The position numbers were made by a program, and so were the translations under genes. From a virus (Duplodnaviria; Caudoviricetes): a stretch of DNA of 64,000 bases. The stretch lies in IMG/VR virus record IMGVR_UViG_3300033066_001351, positions 30,568 through 94,567 of that record, one strand, 5' to 3'. The notes under the pieces are model-generated. The model had not been told where the DNA came from. It was given only the letters and a program-made list of their open reading frames with translations, and did no database searches. This document shows positions 10,276-20,193 of the stretch, one piece after another (positions within the stretch are counted from its first letter, which is position 1; every line of letters starts with the position of its first letter).

Positions 10276-10938
10276 ATGGCTACGACAGTCAATTACACGA
10301 GTCTTTTGGCTGACGTCAGCAATGCGTTGGAGCGTGGTGGCAGCCTCCTGACAGACCCGACGGTTTACAACCAACTGCCGCGCCTCATAAACGCGGCAGA
10401 ACGGGCACTTATTCAGGACCTGAAACTTCTCGGCACTATCGAGGTGCTGGTGAACGCGCCGACCGGTCTGGCAACGGGGGTATCCGTCTACCCCAAGCCG
10501 GATCGGTGGCGTGCTACCGTCAGCATGAATTTCGGAACCGGCACCGACAAGAATGACCGGACGCCACTGTTCCCCCGTTCATATGAGTATGCCAGGTCCT
10601 ACTGGCCGAACTCGACAACGACCGGCGTACCCAGGTACTATACGGACTACAATTTATCGTCGTGGCTCGTTGTTCCTACGCCGGATGACGACTATCCGTG
10701 GGAAGTTTTGGCCTACATGCAGCCCGTGTTGCTGGATGAGGAAAACCAGAACAACTTCTTCACGAACTACTGCCCGAACGCCCTCTACTACGGGACGCTG
10801 TTGCAAGCGGCGCCGTTTATCAAGGACGACGCACGCATCGCGACGTGGGGCAACGCCTACACCAAAGAAGTATCAACACTGCAAGCGCAAGACCTACAGC
10901 GGATCATGGATAGAGGCGCTGTTCGGACCATGGTATAG
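10276..10938 (+). CDS. Head-tail adaptor / tail tubular protein A-like
   Basis: 220 aa with PRLINAAE, GVPRYY, VPTPD and LYYGTLLQAAPFIKDDAR motifs typical of podovirus adaptors; AAGGA RBS. Confidence 0.7.
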   Translation: MATTVNYTSLLADVSNALERGGSLLTDPTVYNQLPRLINAAERALIQDLKLLGTIEVLVNAPTGLATGVSVYPKPDRWRATVSMNFGTGTDKNDRTPLFPRSYEYARSYWPNSTTTGVPRYYTDYNLSSWLVVPTPDDDYPWEVLAYMQPVLLDEENQNNFFTNYCPNALYYGTLLQAAPFIKDDARIATWGNAYTKEVSTLQAQDLQRIMDRGAVRTMV

Positions 10939-10950
10939 GGATAAGTTAAT

Positions 10951-12774
10951 ATGTCTGGTTCTTCTTATACCAATGTTTTCGGTGGCTCCGTCGTTCGTCC
11001 CGCGGACCCGTCCTATTTGTCGCTGTCCATCAGCACCAACACGACTCTCGTGTGGCCGCTTGAGACGACAGAAGGTGAGCCAGTTGTCGCCAACGCCATT
11101 GACGTAACGGCGACGACAACCAGCCTTTCCTTGACGATGCCGACCGGTAATACCGGTTCTACCGGCGTCGTCACGATGATCACGAATGTAGGGTCCAACT
11201 CGTTCAGTGTGCGGACGTCTACCGGCGTCCTGATCGCGACGATCGCCACCACACAATCGTGGCTGATCAAACTCACGGACAACAGCACCGCCGCCGGGAC
11301 CTGGCAAGCGCTGCAAATGGCGAGCACGACGTCCTCGGCCTCCGCGGCATCGCTTGCCGGCGCTGGTCTTGAGGCCAACGGCTCGCTTCTGCAGGTCGAT
11401 TTTCCGACATCTTATTTGTCAACCAACACCAATTTGACGACGGCGTATCGCGGTCGTTCGGTTGTGTGGACTGGTGGGGTTGGCACGCTGCAACTCGCGG
11501 ACTATACGATCCTTGGCGACGGGTGGTTTTGCTGGATTGCCAATACTGGATCCGGCACGCTGACAATAACCACAACCGGCGGCCAGACCATCAACGACGC
11601 CGCTACTTTGGTGATGAACGCTGGAAATTCGGGCGCTATTATTGCGGGCGCCAGTGGCTTCGCGTCTTACGGCGCTCTTGTTGACGCGCTCGCCATTGTA
11701 AACGGCGGCACAGGAGCTACAAACTCCGACGACGCTTTGACGAATCTTGGCGGCACGTCAATAGGCAAGTCCATCTTCACCGCGCCCAGTTCCGCCGCAG
11801 TTCTGGCTATCCTCGGCATCACGAACCTGACGCTGACTGAATCTACTGTTGCGGTAAACCAGTCGCCGAATGCAGGGGCAGGCAACACGGTGTTTGTCGC
11901 CACGGCGGCACTCAGTATCAATCTACCGTTGAGTACAACGCTGTCCACAGGGTATGTTCTCGGCGTGCGCGCTACCGGCGGCGCCGTGACACTGGTTCCC
12001 GCCGCGACTGACGATATTGACGCTTCCGGCGTAGGTCTTAGTTATACGATCCCTGATGGCGGCAGCACATACATTTTCACCGACGCCAACGGGAAATGGT
12101 GGTTGTTGTCTGGCCCCGCCATGCGCGGCACAACGCTTACAACGACCGGAACAGCCTCGTTTGGCGGCGCCGTGACGATGGCGTCCACTGCTGATGTAGC
12201 CGGCAACTTCTCGGTAGCGACTACCAAGTTTACAGTCGCGTCCGCCTCTGGCAATACACAAATCGGCGGCACATTAGGTGTTGTCGGCACAGCGACTTTG
12301 ACCGGCGCACTGAATGTAAGCAAAAACGTCGCTGTTGGAGGCAGTTTTCAGATAGTTGCCGCAAGTGGCAACGTCGCATCCGGCGGCACTGGATCGTTTA
12401 CAGGTGTAGTTACTGCGGCTAACGGCGTAGGTGCCGGACAAGTCGTAAACTACAGCCAGTTCCCCCAAACCGCGGGGTCGTTCGTAGGAACACCCGGCAT
12501 CGTCGGTGGCGGGGTTGGGCACTATCATATGACCGGCAACGGCACCACGGACGGCAGCGGGTTTGACACCATAACCTTCCCAAATGGTGGTTTTCCGACC
12601 GCGTGTACGTTTTTCCGCGCCGAAGCAACCGGTGCTGCAAATACGACCGCCATTCAAGCGTATTTACGATCTACACCCACTAAAACTACGGCAGAAATTC
12701 AAACGCAGACCGCAGGTGGAACCGGTGGTGCGGCAGCTACCAAGACGTATTTCTGGTACGCTTTCGGGTACTGA
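10951..12774 (+). CDS. Tail fibre / virion structural protein
   Basis: 607 aa, Thr/Gly/Ser-rich, C-terminal fibre-tip-like ITFPNGGFPTAC...YFWYAFGY. Confidence 0.7.
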   Translation: MSGSSYTNVFGGSVVRPADPSYLSLSISTNTTLVWPLETTEGEPVVANAIDVTATTTSLSLTMPTGNTGSTGVVTMITNVGSNSFSVRTSTGVLIATIATTQSWLIKLTDNSTAAGTWQALQMASTTSSASAASLAGAGLEANGSLLQVDFPTSYLSTNTNLTTAYRGRSVVWTGGVGTLQLADYTILGDGWFCWIANTGSGTLTITTTGGQTINDAATLVMNAGNSGAIIAGASGFASYGALVDALAIVNGGTGATNSDDALTNLGGTSIGKSIFTAPSSAAVLAILGITNLTLTESTVAVNQSPNAGAGNTVFVATAALSINLPLSTTLSTGYVLGVRATGGAVTLVPAATDDIDASGVGLSYTIPDGGSTYIFTDANGKWWLLSGPAMRGTTLTTTGTASFGGAVTMASTADVAGNFSVATTKFTVASASGNTQIGGTLGVVGTATLTGALNVSKNVAVGGSFQIVAASGNVASGGTGSFTGVVTAANGVGAGQVVNYSQFPQTAGSFVGTPGIVGGGVGHYHMTGNGTTDGSGFDTITFPNGGFPTACTFFRAEATGAANTTAIQAYLRSTPTKTTAEIQTQTAGGTGGAAATKTYFWYAFGY

Positions 12775-12780
12775 TAGCAC

Positions 12781-14361
12781 ATGTCCGCAAAACCCTTCGT
12801 CCTGAACTTCAAACCTGGTATCGCCCGTGATGGGACGCGCTTCGATTCGGATCAGTATTCCGACGGGCTTTGGTGCCGGTGGCGGCTTGGCCGTCCGCGC
12901 AAAATGGGCGGCTACAAGCAGATCACGGACGCTTTGTTCGGGACGCCGCGGCGTATCCACATGTTCTATCAGAACGGGCAGATCATATGCCACGTAGCGT
13001 CGGTTAACGGCATCCAGCAAGTCATATTCGCCCATCAGACGGGCGAACTTATCAGTATTGCGGACCGCACGCCGTCCACCTTCACGGCGGGTATCAATAT
13101 CGGCTTCACGATGGACGCCATATTTGATACCACAAGCAATGTGACGCAGTTGATCGTGCATTTTGTCCCTGACATGGGGCAGATTGCCACGATCATCACG
13201 ACGCTGCCGGTCATCGGTCAGATCGACGCCTCTACACCGCTGACACCATTCTCGGATCCGGGTGCAAGTAGCGGTAGTTGGGCAGCACCCGCTATATCCG
13301 GCGGCATTGTATGTGTGCAGCCCTATGTGTTTGACTTCGACTCCTACGGCCTTGTGCAGTGGAGCGCGCCCAACTTGCCGCTCTATCTCGGCGTCACAGG
13401 TGGTTCAACCGGCGCTGGTCAAGCGCGTATATCAGCGCAGAAGATCGTCGCTGGGGCACCCCTCCGCGGCGGTGGAACACAATCCCCCGCAGCACTGTTT
13501 TGGTCTCTGTCGGAAGTCATCATGGCTACCTTTGTGGGGTCCGCCAACGGCGTATTCCGCTTCAACACCGTGTCTCCGTCATCGTCTATCCTGTCCAGCC
13601 GTGCCGTCATAGAGTACGACGGCCTGTATTTCTGGGTCGGAATCGATCGGTTCCTGGTGTTCAACGGCACCGTTACAGAGGTGCCGAATCCGACGAATTT
13701 GGACTGGTTCTTCAACAACCTGACGCCGAACTACGAAGATCGTGTTTTTGCGTTCAAGGTGCCGCGCTACGGTGAGATTTGGTGGTGCGCGCCCATGTTC
13801 GGCAATACCGAACCGAGCCACGCCGTCATCTACAACATCCGCGAGAACTGCTGGTACGACACCGAGTTGCCGAACGGCGGCAGAGGTGCGGCTTTCTATG
13901 CGCAGGGCTTCCACTACCCCGTCATGGGCGGCACGTTGGACCCCGTAGACGATAAATACTCGCTGTGGATGCACGAGTTTGAGTTTGACGAAGTCCGCGG
14001 CGACACAGTGACGCCGATTCGGAGTTATTTTGAGACCGGCGTCTTCGGCGGCCCGCGCAATGACCCGCCGGACGACCAAGGTTTAAGTTTCCATCAATTG
14101 GAGCCTGATATTGATCAGACCGGTGATATGGAGGTTTATTTGTTGGGTCAAGCCAATGCCCGCGCGCCTGTCGTCCAAGGCCCCGCCGTTCCCCTACTCG
14201 CCATACCGGGCGTTCCACAAGAACAATTCGTGTCATTTACGCCGACTATGCCACTGAGATTGGCGCGACTTCATGTAGAGTCCAATACTCTCGGCGGCAA
14301 CTACATTGGCGGTCGTAGTATCGCTCACGCACAACCCGGCGACGCCCGACTTATATCATGA
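12781..14361 (+). CDS. Tail nozzle / tail tubular protein B (P22 gp10-like)
   Basis: 526 aa, starting FKPGIARDGT; WCRWRLGRPRKMGG, YGEIWW and VIYNIRENCWY give a beta-propeller-like pattern. The gene precedes the internal virion genes. Confidence 0.7.
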   Translation: MSAKPFVLNFKPGIARDGTRFDSDQYSDGLWCRWRLGRPRKMGGYKQITDALFGTPRRIHMFYQNGQIICHVASVNGIQQVIFAHQTGELISIADRTPSTFTAGINIGFTMDAIFDTTSNVTQLIVHFVPDMGQIATIITTLPVIGQIDASTPLTPFSDPGASSGSWAAPAISGGIVCVQPYVFDFDSYGLVQWSAPNLPLYLGVTGGSTGAGQARISAQKIVAGAPLRGGGTQSPAALFWSLSEVIMATFVGSANGVFRFNTVSPSSSILSSRAVIEYDGLYFWVGIDRFLVFNGTVTEVPNPTNLDWFFNNLTPNYEDRVFAFKVPRYGEIWWCAPMFGNTEPSHAVIYNIRENCWYDTELPNGGRGAAFYAQGFHYPVMGGTLDPVDDKYSLWMHEFEFDEVRGDTVTPIRSYFETGVFGGPRNDPPDDQGLSFHQLEPDIDQTGDMEVYLLGQANARAPVVQGPAVPLLAIPGVPQEQFVSFTPTMPLRLARLHVESNTLGGNYIGGRSIAHAQPGDARLIS

Positions 14362-14600
14362 TACCTATTGATCCGCGCTTCATGTCTGCTGTATCGTGGG
14401 CCGATCAGACTATCCTTGTACTTTCGGACGAGGCCCCGATACCGCGACTTCTTAATGAGGACGATTGGAAAACATGGGCGGCGTATTTGATACTGACGCC
14501 GGACATCGCCAAGTTAGGACCAGCCCAACCACAAATGTTCAACAAATGGCGTGATTGGGCAGCGGCGTTTAACGAGACGATCCGTCTCGTAGACAATTGA
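14358..14600 (+). CDS. Small virion-module protein
   Basis: ATGA overlap with the nozzle gene; Trp-rich, 80 aa. Confidence 0.65.
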   Translation: MIPIDPRFMSAVSWADQTILVLSDEAPIPRLLNEDDWKTWAAYLILTPDIAKLGPAQPQMFNKWRDWAAAFNETIRLVDN

Positions 14601-14626
14601 CAACCCCTTTTCTTTCACTGTAAATA
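14597..14626 (+). promoter_or_regulatory. Candidate sigma70 promoter
   Basis: TTGACA at 14597-14602 and GTAAAT/TAAATA 17-18 bp downstream, in an AT-rich intergenic gap. Confidence 0.45.
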
Positions 14627-14712
14627 CGTGTTATTCTAAAGATCAGCGTTGGTCCCTGCCGACCGGCGGATGCGTATTTCAAATCGCGTCTAGCCGAAAG
14701 GGCAGGACATTT

Positions 14713-14856
14713 ATGCAATCGTCTGATTTCAAGAGCATCGTAAGCCCGCTCATTCTGCGCAAGGCGCCGGACCGGCAGCCCTCAAAACCGAAGCCTCCTA
14801 CCGACCGTAAAGGCACATCACCTTCGCGGCGTAGTTCGACGCGGAAGTCTTACTGA
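14713..14856 (+). CDS. 47-aa basic leader ORF (absent from the ORF track)
   Basis: AGGA RBS; MQSSDFKSIVSPLILRKAPDRQPSKPKPPTDRKGTSPSRRSSTRKSY*; TGATG coupling to the ORF at 14856. Confidence 0.5.
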   Translation: MQSSDFKSIVSPLILRKAPDRQPSKPKPPTDRKGTSPSRRSSTRKSY

Positions 14857-16958
14857 TGGCGAGTTTTGATCCCCGTGAATTGGTGCCCCTGGATTCCAGC
14901 GGGTCGCCACTTGACACAACGAAAATTAACTGGAAGGCGCTTGACGATACGGCAGAACTGCCGGACTACGTAAAGCAAGCGCTTATCCAGTCTCAAGGTC
15001 AGACCGGGCTTACGCCCGAGATTATGAAAAGTGCCAAGATCGGCACATGGGACCTGAACGGACAGCAGAACTACGGCATCCAGATTGATCCCAAGACGGC
15101 GTATGTGCCGATCAAGGACGACAACGGCAACACGGTTTCCTACGCCGACAAGGCGGGTAATATCGTCGGAAACGCCCCTGATTTGGGCTTTACTACCTTC
15201 GGCATCCCAATTCCCATGGCGCCGCAAGCGTCGGACTATCGGTCCACGTATATGCGACCGACGTTTAAGGGCGAGACCATCAATGGCGACCCGAACCAGC
15301 CTGCCGCCTATACTTTTGGCGCCGAAGGTGCCTATCCCACCCAGACCATGGTGGATGCGGCTGTTCATAACGAAAAAGTCGCCGCAGAAGGACGAAAGAT
15401 TCGTCCAGTGGATCTTCTGGCTCCTCTGTTTCCTGTAGCGCTTGGTCTTGGCGCCGGGGCACTTGGAGGGGCACTTGGGCTAGGTGAAGCCGGGACGGCT
15501 GGTGCTGGTGGCGCGGGATTGAGCGCCACGGAAGCTGCCGGTGGTGCTACTGGTATCGGATTTGGTTCGGCTGCCGAGGCGCCTGGTGCGCTGACGATTG
15601 GCCTTGCAAACGCTACACCTGCGGCAGAAGCCGGATTTCTGACGGCGCCGACGGCTGCCGAAGCAGCAACAGCCGGCGCGGCGTTTCCGTCAACGTCGTC
15701 TCTCGGCGGCGTGGCAACCGGCGCCGGTGCAGGCGCCGGAAGTTCGTCCGGTGGTATTCTCGGCACACTCGGCAGCGTAAATTCGTCCATCACGAGCGGT
15801 ATCCAGAGCGCACTTGCTCCTATTCTGGGTGAAAATACCGCCGCAACGATTGCCCCTATCGCATCCAAGGCAGTTCTCGGCGCCGCGGGTAATGCCGCCG
15901 TGTCGGGGATTACCGGCGGCGACCCGATCAAAGGCGCCCTTACCGGTGCCTTGACAGGTGGTGCGCTCGGTGCTTTTGGTGGCGCTGGCGGTATCCTATC
16001 CAACTTGACGGGCCTTAGCCCGTCTGTCGCCGATATGTTGATCGGTGGTGGTGCGGGTGCGCTGGGTTCGGCGGCTACCGGGCAGAACGCTATCATGGGT
16101 GGCCTATCCGGCGTCGGCGCTGGATACCTGAATAACGCCTTGAGCGGCGCTTCGGACAGCGGCTCGGGTAATTACGGCAGCGGCTCCGTTGTTAACGGTT
16201 CGTACGTGCCACCCACTGGTGCCACACTGGCTGGTGCCGCGGCGCCTGTTGCGGCGGGTGGCGCTGGTAGTTCCATCTTCGGCGGCAAGGGCGGTCTGTC
16301 TGGCACGGCTCTTGCGCTAGGCGCGCTGGCCGCTGGATCCGGTATCCTTGGTAACAAAGGCAAGACCACGACACCGACTGGCAACAGCACGGCAACGCCG
16401 GGACCGGAAGCGGTTGCGGGGACGCTTGGGCCATACTGGAACAAGGACCTGGCAACGGTTAGTAGCGGTCCGGTTCGCGCCGTCAGCAATCCGTGGAGTA
16501 GTTCGACGCCGTCGTATTGGGCCTACGGTGGTCCGGAACAGTCTTACTTCTCTAACAATTCGCTGAAAGCCTTTGGCTATGCCGACGGCGGCATGGTTCA
16601 GGACATGTACATCGGCGGCCCGCCACCTTCCTCAAGCAACATGGAGCCTCTTGCCGGTGGGTTTGCTTCTGGCGGCGGTGTTCTATCGCGCCCGGAAGTG
16701 TTCAGCACCAAGGGTGGTCGCCACTACGTCGAAGGCCCCGGCGATGGTCAATCGGATGACATCCCGGCGGCACTCAGCGACGGTGAATTTGTGTGGGATG
16801 CCAGTACGGTAGCCCGTATCGGTAATGGATCCAGCAAGCGCGGGGGTGCCATTCTCGAAGCGGCGCGTCACGCTATCGCGAAAGACGCGGGGAGTAAGGA
16901 AGTCGTGCAGAAGCCCATCAAGAAATCCCCGCTTCAATATATTTCGGAGGCCGCATAA
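14856..16958 (+). CDS. Internal virion (ejection) protein 1
   Basis: Long Gly/Ala hydrophobic glycine-zipper region and a C-terminal GPGDGQSDDIPAALSDGEFV domain. Confidence 0.65.
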   Translation: MASFDPRELVPLDSSGSPLDTTKINWKALDDTAELPDYVKQALIQSQGQTGLTPEIMKSAKIGTWDLNGQQNYGIQIDPKTAYVPIKDDNGNTVSYADKAGNIVGNAPDLGFTTFGIPIPMAPQASDYRSTYMRPTFKGETINGDPNQPAAYTFGAEGAYPTQTMVDAAVHNEKVAAEGRKIRPVDLLAPLFPVALGLGAGALGGALGLGEAGTAGAGGAGLSATEAAGGATGIGFGSAAEAPGALTIGLANATPAAEAGFLTAPTAAEAATAGAAFPSTSSLGGVATGAGAGAGSSSGGILGTLGSVNSSITSGIQSALAPILGENTAATIAPIASKAVLGAAGNAAVSGITGGDPIKGALTGALTGGALGAFGGAGGILSNLTGLSPSVADMLIGGGAGALGSAATGQNAIMGGLSGVGAGYLNNALSGASDSGSGNYGSGSVVNGSYVPPTGATLAGAAAPVAAGGAGSSIFGGKGGLSGTALALGALAAGSGILGNKGKTTTPTGNSTATPGPEAVAGTLGPYWNKDLATVSSGPVRAVSNPWSSSTPSYWAYGGPEQSYFSNNSLKAFGYADGGMVQDMYIGGPPPSSSNMEPLAGGFASGGGVLSRPEVFSTKGGRHYVEGPGDGQSDDIPAALSDGEFVWDASTVARIGNGSSKRGGAILEAARHAIAKDAGSKEVVQKPIKKSPLQYISEAA

Positions 16959-18188
16959 ATGAGCGGAACACTGAGCTTTCTCACACAAGGGGCGCCACAA
17001 CCGGCGGTACCCACTGGTAGCGATACTGCAACCAGCATGCCCGTGTGGTTACAGCAGTTCGTTTACAATACTGCGAATGCCGCACAGGGTCTTGCGTCAC
17101 AACCGTATCAACCGGTCCCGTTCAACCAGGTTGCTGACCCGTCCGCGGCGACGCAGCAAGCGTGGAACATGGCCTACTCCAACCAGGGCAATTATTTCCC
17201 TGCTTTGGGACAGGCCATCAACCAGACGAATATCGGGTCCTCGCCAATCGCGACGCCGGGAGCAATCACGGCGCCGACCATTACGGCTGACCGTATTCAG
17301 AACCCACAGAACATTACGGCGGATCCCATAACCGCCAGCAAACTTTCGGCGTCTGATATCAGTCAATACATGAACCCCTACACCAATAGCGTTGTAGGGG
17401 CGCTTCGTCAGGCGTCCAATGAGAACCTGTTCAACGACGTGTTGCCGGGGGTGCAGGACCGCTTTGTCAGCGCCGGCCAGTCGCGTTCGCCGCAGGAGAT
17501 GAAGGCGACCGGCGATATGGTCTACAAGAGCCAGCAGGCTCTTGATCAGGCTATCGCGAATACCCTGAACCAAGGCTACAGCGGGGCGCTCAATACCGCC
17601 GCGCAACAGCAGGGCTTCACCACCGGCGTTGCGCAACAGCAGCAGGGCTTCAACACAGCCCTTCAGCAACAGCAACAGGGCGTGCAACTGGGTCTGGATA
17701 CGAACCAGCAGCAGTTCCTGACGGGTCTTGCTCAACAGGAGCGAGATCGTCAGACCGCCTTGGACCTGCAGAACCAGCAGACGGGTCTCAATGTCGCCCA
17801 AGGCAACCGCACCGCGGCGCAGACCGGCGGCGCACAGATGGGCCAGTTGGGAGCGCTCACCCAGCAGCTTGGCGCTGCCGATGTGGGTCTTGTCGGCGCG
17901 GCAGGTCAGTCGCAGGATCAGGTCAATCAGGCCAATGTCAACGCCGCACTCAACAACTTCTATGCGCAACAGCAGTGGCCGTATCAGAACCTCGGCTACG
18001 CGTCCAATATCATCCGAGGGCTGCCGGTCAACACGAATACGCAGACCGTCGGGTCTACCTACAACGTCCCGTATCAGGCATCGCCGTTGTCGCAATTTGT
18101 CGGAACAGCACTCGGCGCCTCGTCGCTTGGCTTGAAGAAGGGCGGCATGGTAAAGATGGGCGTTCTAGCGAACCGGAGGGTTGCGTAA
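16959..18188 (+). CDS. Internal virion protein 2 (DNA pilot-like, Gln-rich)
   Basis: YMNPY motif and 11-residue Gln-rich repeats (AQQQGFTTGVAQQQQGFNTAL). Confidence 0.65.
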   Translation: MSGTLSFLTQGAPQPAVPTGSDTATSMPVWLQQFVYNTANAAQGLASQPYQPVPFNQVADPSAATQQAWNMAYSNQGNYFPALGQAINQTNIGSSPIATPGAITAPTITADRIQNPQNITADPITASKLSASDISQYMNPYTNSVVGALRQASNENLFNDVLPGVQDRFVSAGQSRSPQEMKATGDMVYKSQQALDQAIANTLNQGYSGALNTAAQQQGFTTGVAQQQQGFNTALQQQQQGVQLGLDTNQQQFLTGLAQQERDRQTALDLQNQQTGLNVAQGNRTAAQTGGAQMGQLGALTQQLGAADVGLVGAAGQSQDQVNQANVNAALNNFYAQQQWPYQNLGYASNIIRGLPVNTNTQTVGSTYNVPYQASPLSQFVGTALGASSLGLKKGGMVKMGVLANRRVA

Positions 18189-18189
18189 T

Positions 18190-20193
18190 ATGGCTGGCGC
18201 ACTTACCAGTAGCCTGGGAGTGTACGATGATTACGTCCCCCCTCCCGGCGGCGATGACTCCGACGTGTCGTTTTTCCCGCCCGACATAGGCGACTATCAG
18301 CCTACGGGCGGTATGCCGACGCCGCCAGTGCCGGGCGCCGGTAACGGTGTGCTGTCCAACCCTAATGCTGGTGTGGGTGACGGCGGTGGCGACGATACGT
18401 GGGACAACACACAACAGGGCGTTCTAGCGGCACAAAACCCGCAAGTGCAGATGCAAATGAACGCCATTCAGCAGGCACGGCAACGTATTGACGCCTATCG
18501 GGCGCAGCAAGACGCCGCCAAGTCGGGACAGATCAATCTCCCGCTTCTGGCGGCTGCCGGTGCCATGTTGTCGCCGACGCGGAGTGGTTCCTTTGGCGAG
18601 TCCATCGGCAACGCGTTCAGCGCCGCGGCGCCTGCCGTAGCACGTCAACGCCAGACCGACGCCGCCGAAGAGGCCGCACGGGCCAAGCAAGACTGGAATA
18701 TGTCGTATCAGGAAGCGCTTCTTGGCGACAAGAGTGCTGGCCGCTCGATTCAACAGCAGCGTTTGTCGCTGGATGACCGTATCAAATCCCGCACGCTTGA
18801 ACTCAAGGCACAAGGTCTGGATGACACAGCCGCCTATCGCCAGGCGCGCATTGAATTGGGCCAAGGCCAGTTAGGGATCAACCAGCAGAACGCCAATACA
18901 CGCGGCAATACGGCGGCAAACCAAGTTACCACGAATGCAAACGTGCAAGCGCAAGCCGAGATCGACGCCGAGAATGCGAAGCGTGCTGAATCGGGTCAAG
19001 AGCCGATGTCCGAAGCCGAGATGGCGGCGGCACGGACTCGTTTCATCACGAGCGGCGCTCAAGGTCTTAAAACATCCGGCGCAGGCGGCTCCACGGCTAT
19101 TCTGACACAGCAAGCCATGACGAAGGCGCGTGAGGCCATCACATCGCAAAACGCCGAACGTGTTGCGCAAGGCAAGCCTCCGCTGACGCCGGGTGAAGAA
19201 GCTGAAATCAACATCAGCCAGATCAAAGACGCCAAATCGGCGACGCCGACGGCGAGCGCCAAGTCCCAGATCATGTCTATGGCGATTGCCGCCGCGGACG
19301 ATGACATCGCGCGCATGGATAACCCGACCGAAGAACAAAAGCGCGAAGCCCGCATCAAGCGCATCGGCGAATATACGAAGCGCACCAGCGTCTATGGTCA
19401 AACGACCAATGCGTTGAAGCGCGATGTCATGGATAACTGGATTGCCGCCGATCCGACTATTGTCAGCGACCCGGCACGGTTTGCGATCCTGCAGTCCAAG
19501 GTTAACGGTGGGTTCATAATCAAGCCACCGCAGGCACTTGCGATCGAAGATCGCGGCCAGCAAACGGCAACGGCGCTCAACGCTCTACGGCGCGTACGCG
19601 AAGGTGTGTCGCAGGCGTACGCTTCCGCGGGTGCTATGGGCAAACCATTCAGGGCCGGCGAGACGCTCCAGAACATCCTTCTGCAGTCGCCTCAGACGGT
19701 TCGCGCGGATATCGAAAGCAACCTTGCTTTGGCTCGGGACCTTATCCCGACGATCATTCGCAACAAAGGTCCGCATCCGCAGGGCGCGCATGCCACGGCG
19801 GAACTGGAAAAGATCATTCGCGGCGGCAACTGGGGCGATACCTACCAGAACGTCATGTCGTCGTCTGAGTCTATGATGAAGGTTCTCGGCAGCGACTTGC
19901 GCAACCTGAACGACTTCTACAAGAACGGCCTTGGCCGTGATCTTGCTGTGTTCGGTGGCAACCCACAACAGCCTCCATTCTCGCCGCCTCAAGGCGGCGG
20001 AAGTGGTGGTGGTGGTGGTAATCCCGGCGCACCGCCTCCTGCCGTTGCACGCCCGGCGCCGCAAAGTGCCCCAGCACGTCAGGCGCCGTCCAACTCGCCG
20101 CCGGTCGATCGCCTTCAGGAAGGCGCCAATACGACTTTCGGCAACGGACAAGTATGGACACTTCGTAACGGCCAACCGGTAAGGGTGCAATAA
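18190..20193 (+). CDS. Internal virion protein 3
   Basis: Helical Ala/Gln-rich protein with an LSPTRSGSFGESIGNA motif; TAATG coupling to the next gene. Confidence 0.6.
   Translation: MAGALTSSLGVYDDYVPPPGGDDSDVSFFPPDIGDYQPTGGMPTPPVPGAGNGVLSNPNAGVGDGGGDDTWDNTQQGVLAAQNPQVQMQMNAIQQARQRIDAYRAQQDAAKSGQINLPLLAAAGAMLSPTRSGSFGESIGNAFSAAAPAVARQRQTDAAEEAARAKQDWNMSYQEALLGDKSAGRSIQQQRLSLDDRIKSRTLELKAQGLDDTAAYRQARIELGQGQLGINQQNANTRGNTAANQVTTNANVQAQAEIDAENAKRAESGQEPMSEAEMAAARTRFITSGAQGLKTSGAGGSTAILTQQAMTKAREAITSQNAERVAQGKPPLTPGEEAEINISQIKDAKSATPTASAKSQIMSMAIAAADDDIARMDNPTEEQKREARIKRIGEYTKRTSVYGQTTNALKRDVMDNWIAADPTIVSDPARFAILQSKVNGGFIIKPPQALAIEDRGQQTATALNALRRVREGVSQAYASAGAMGKPFRAGETLQNILLQSPQTVRADIESNLALARDLIPTIIRNKGPHPQGAHATAELEKIIRGGNWGDTYQNVMSSSESMMKVLGSDLRNLNDFYKNGLGRDLAVFGGNPQQPPFSPPQGGGSGGGGGNPGAPPPAVARPAPQSAPARQAPSNSPPVDRLQEGANTTFGNGQVWTLRNGQPVRVQ

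Noticed and set aside
14652-14709. Hammerhead ribozyme (CTGCCGA...GAAA)
   Set aside because: The core does not match CUGANGA and the third stem is missing. Kept only as a hairpin.
17097-18095. Long antisense ORFs (also 30637-31557, 23031-23792, 15365-16096)
   Set aside because: They lie opposite well-supported genes, have no motifs, and are expected from GC-rich codon bias.
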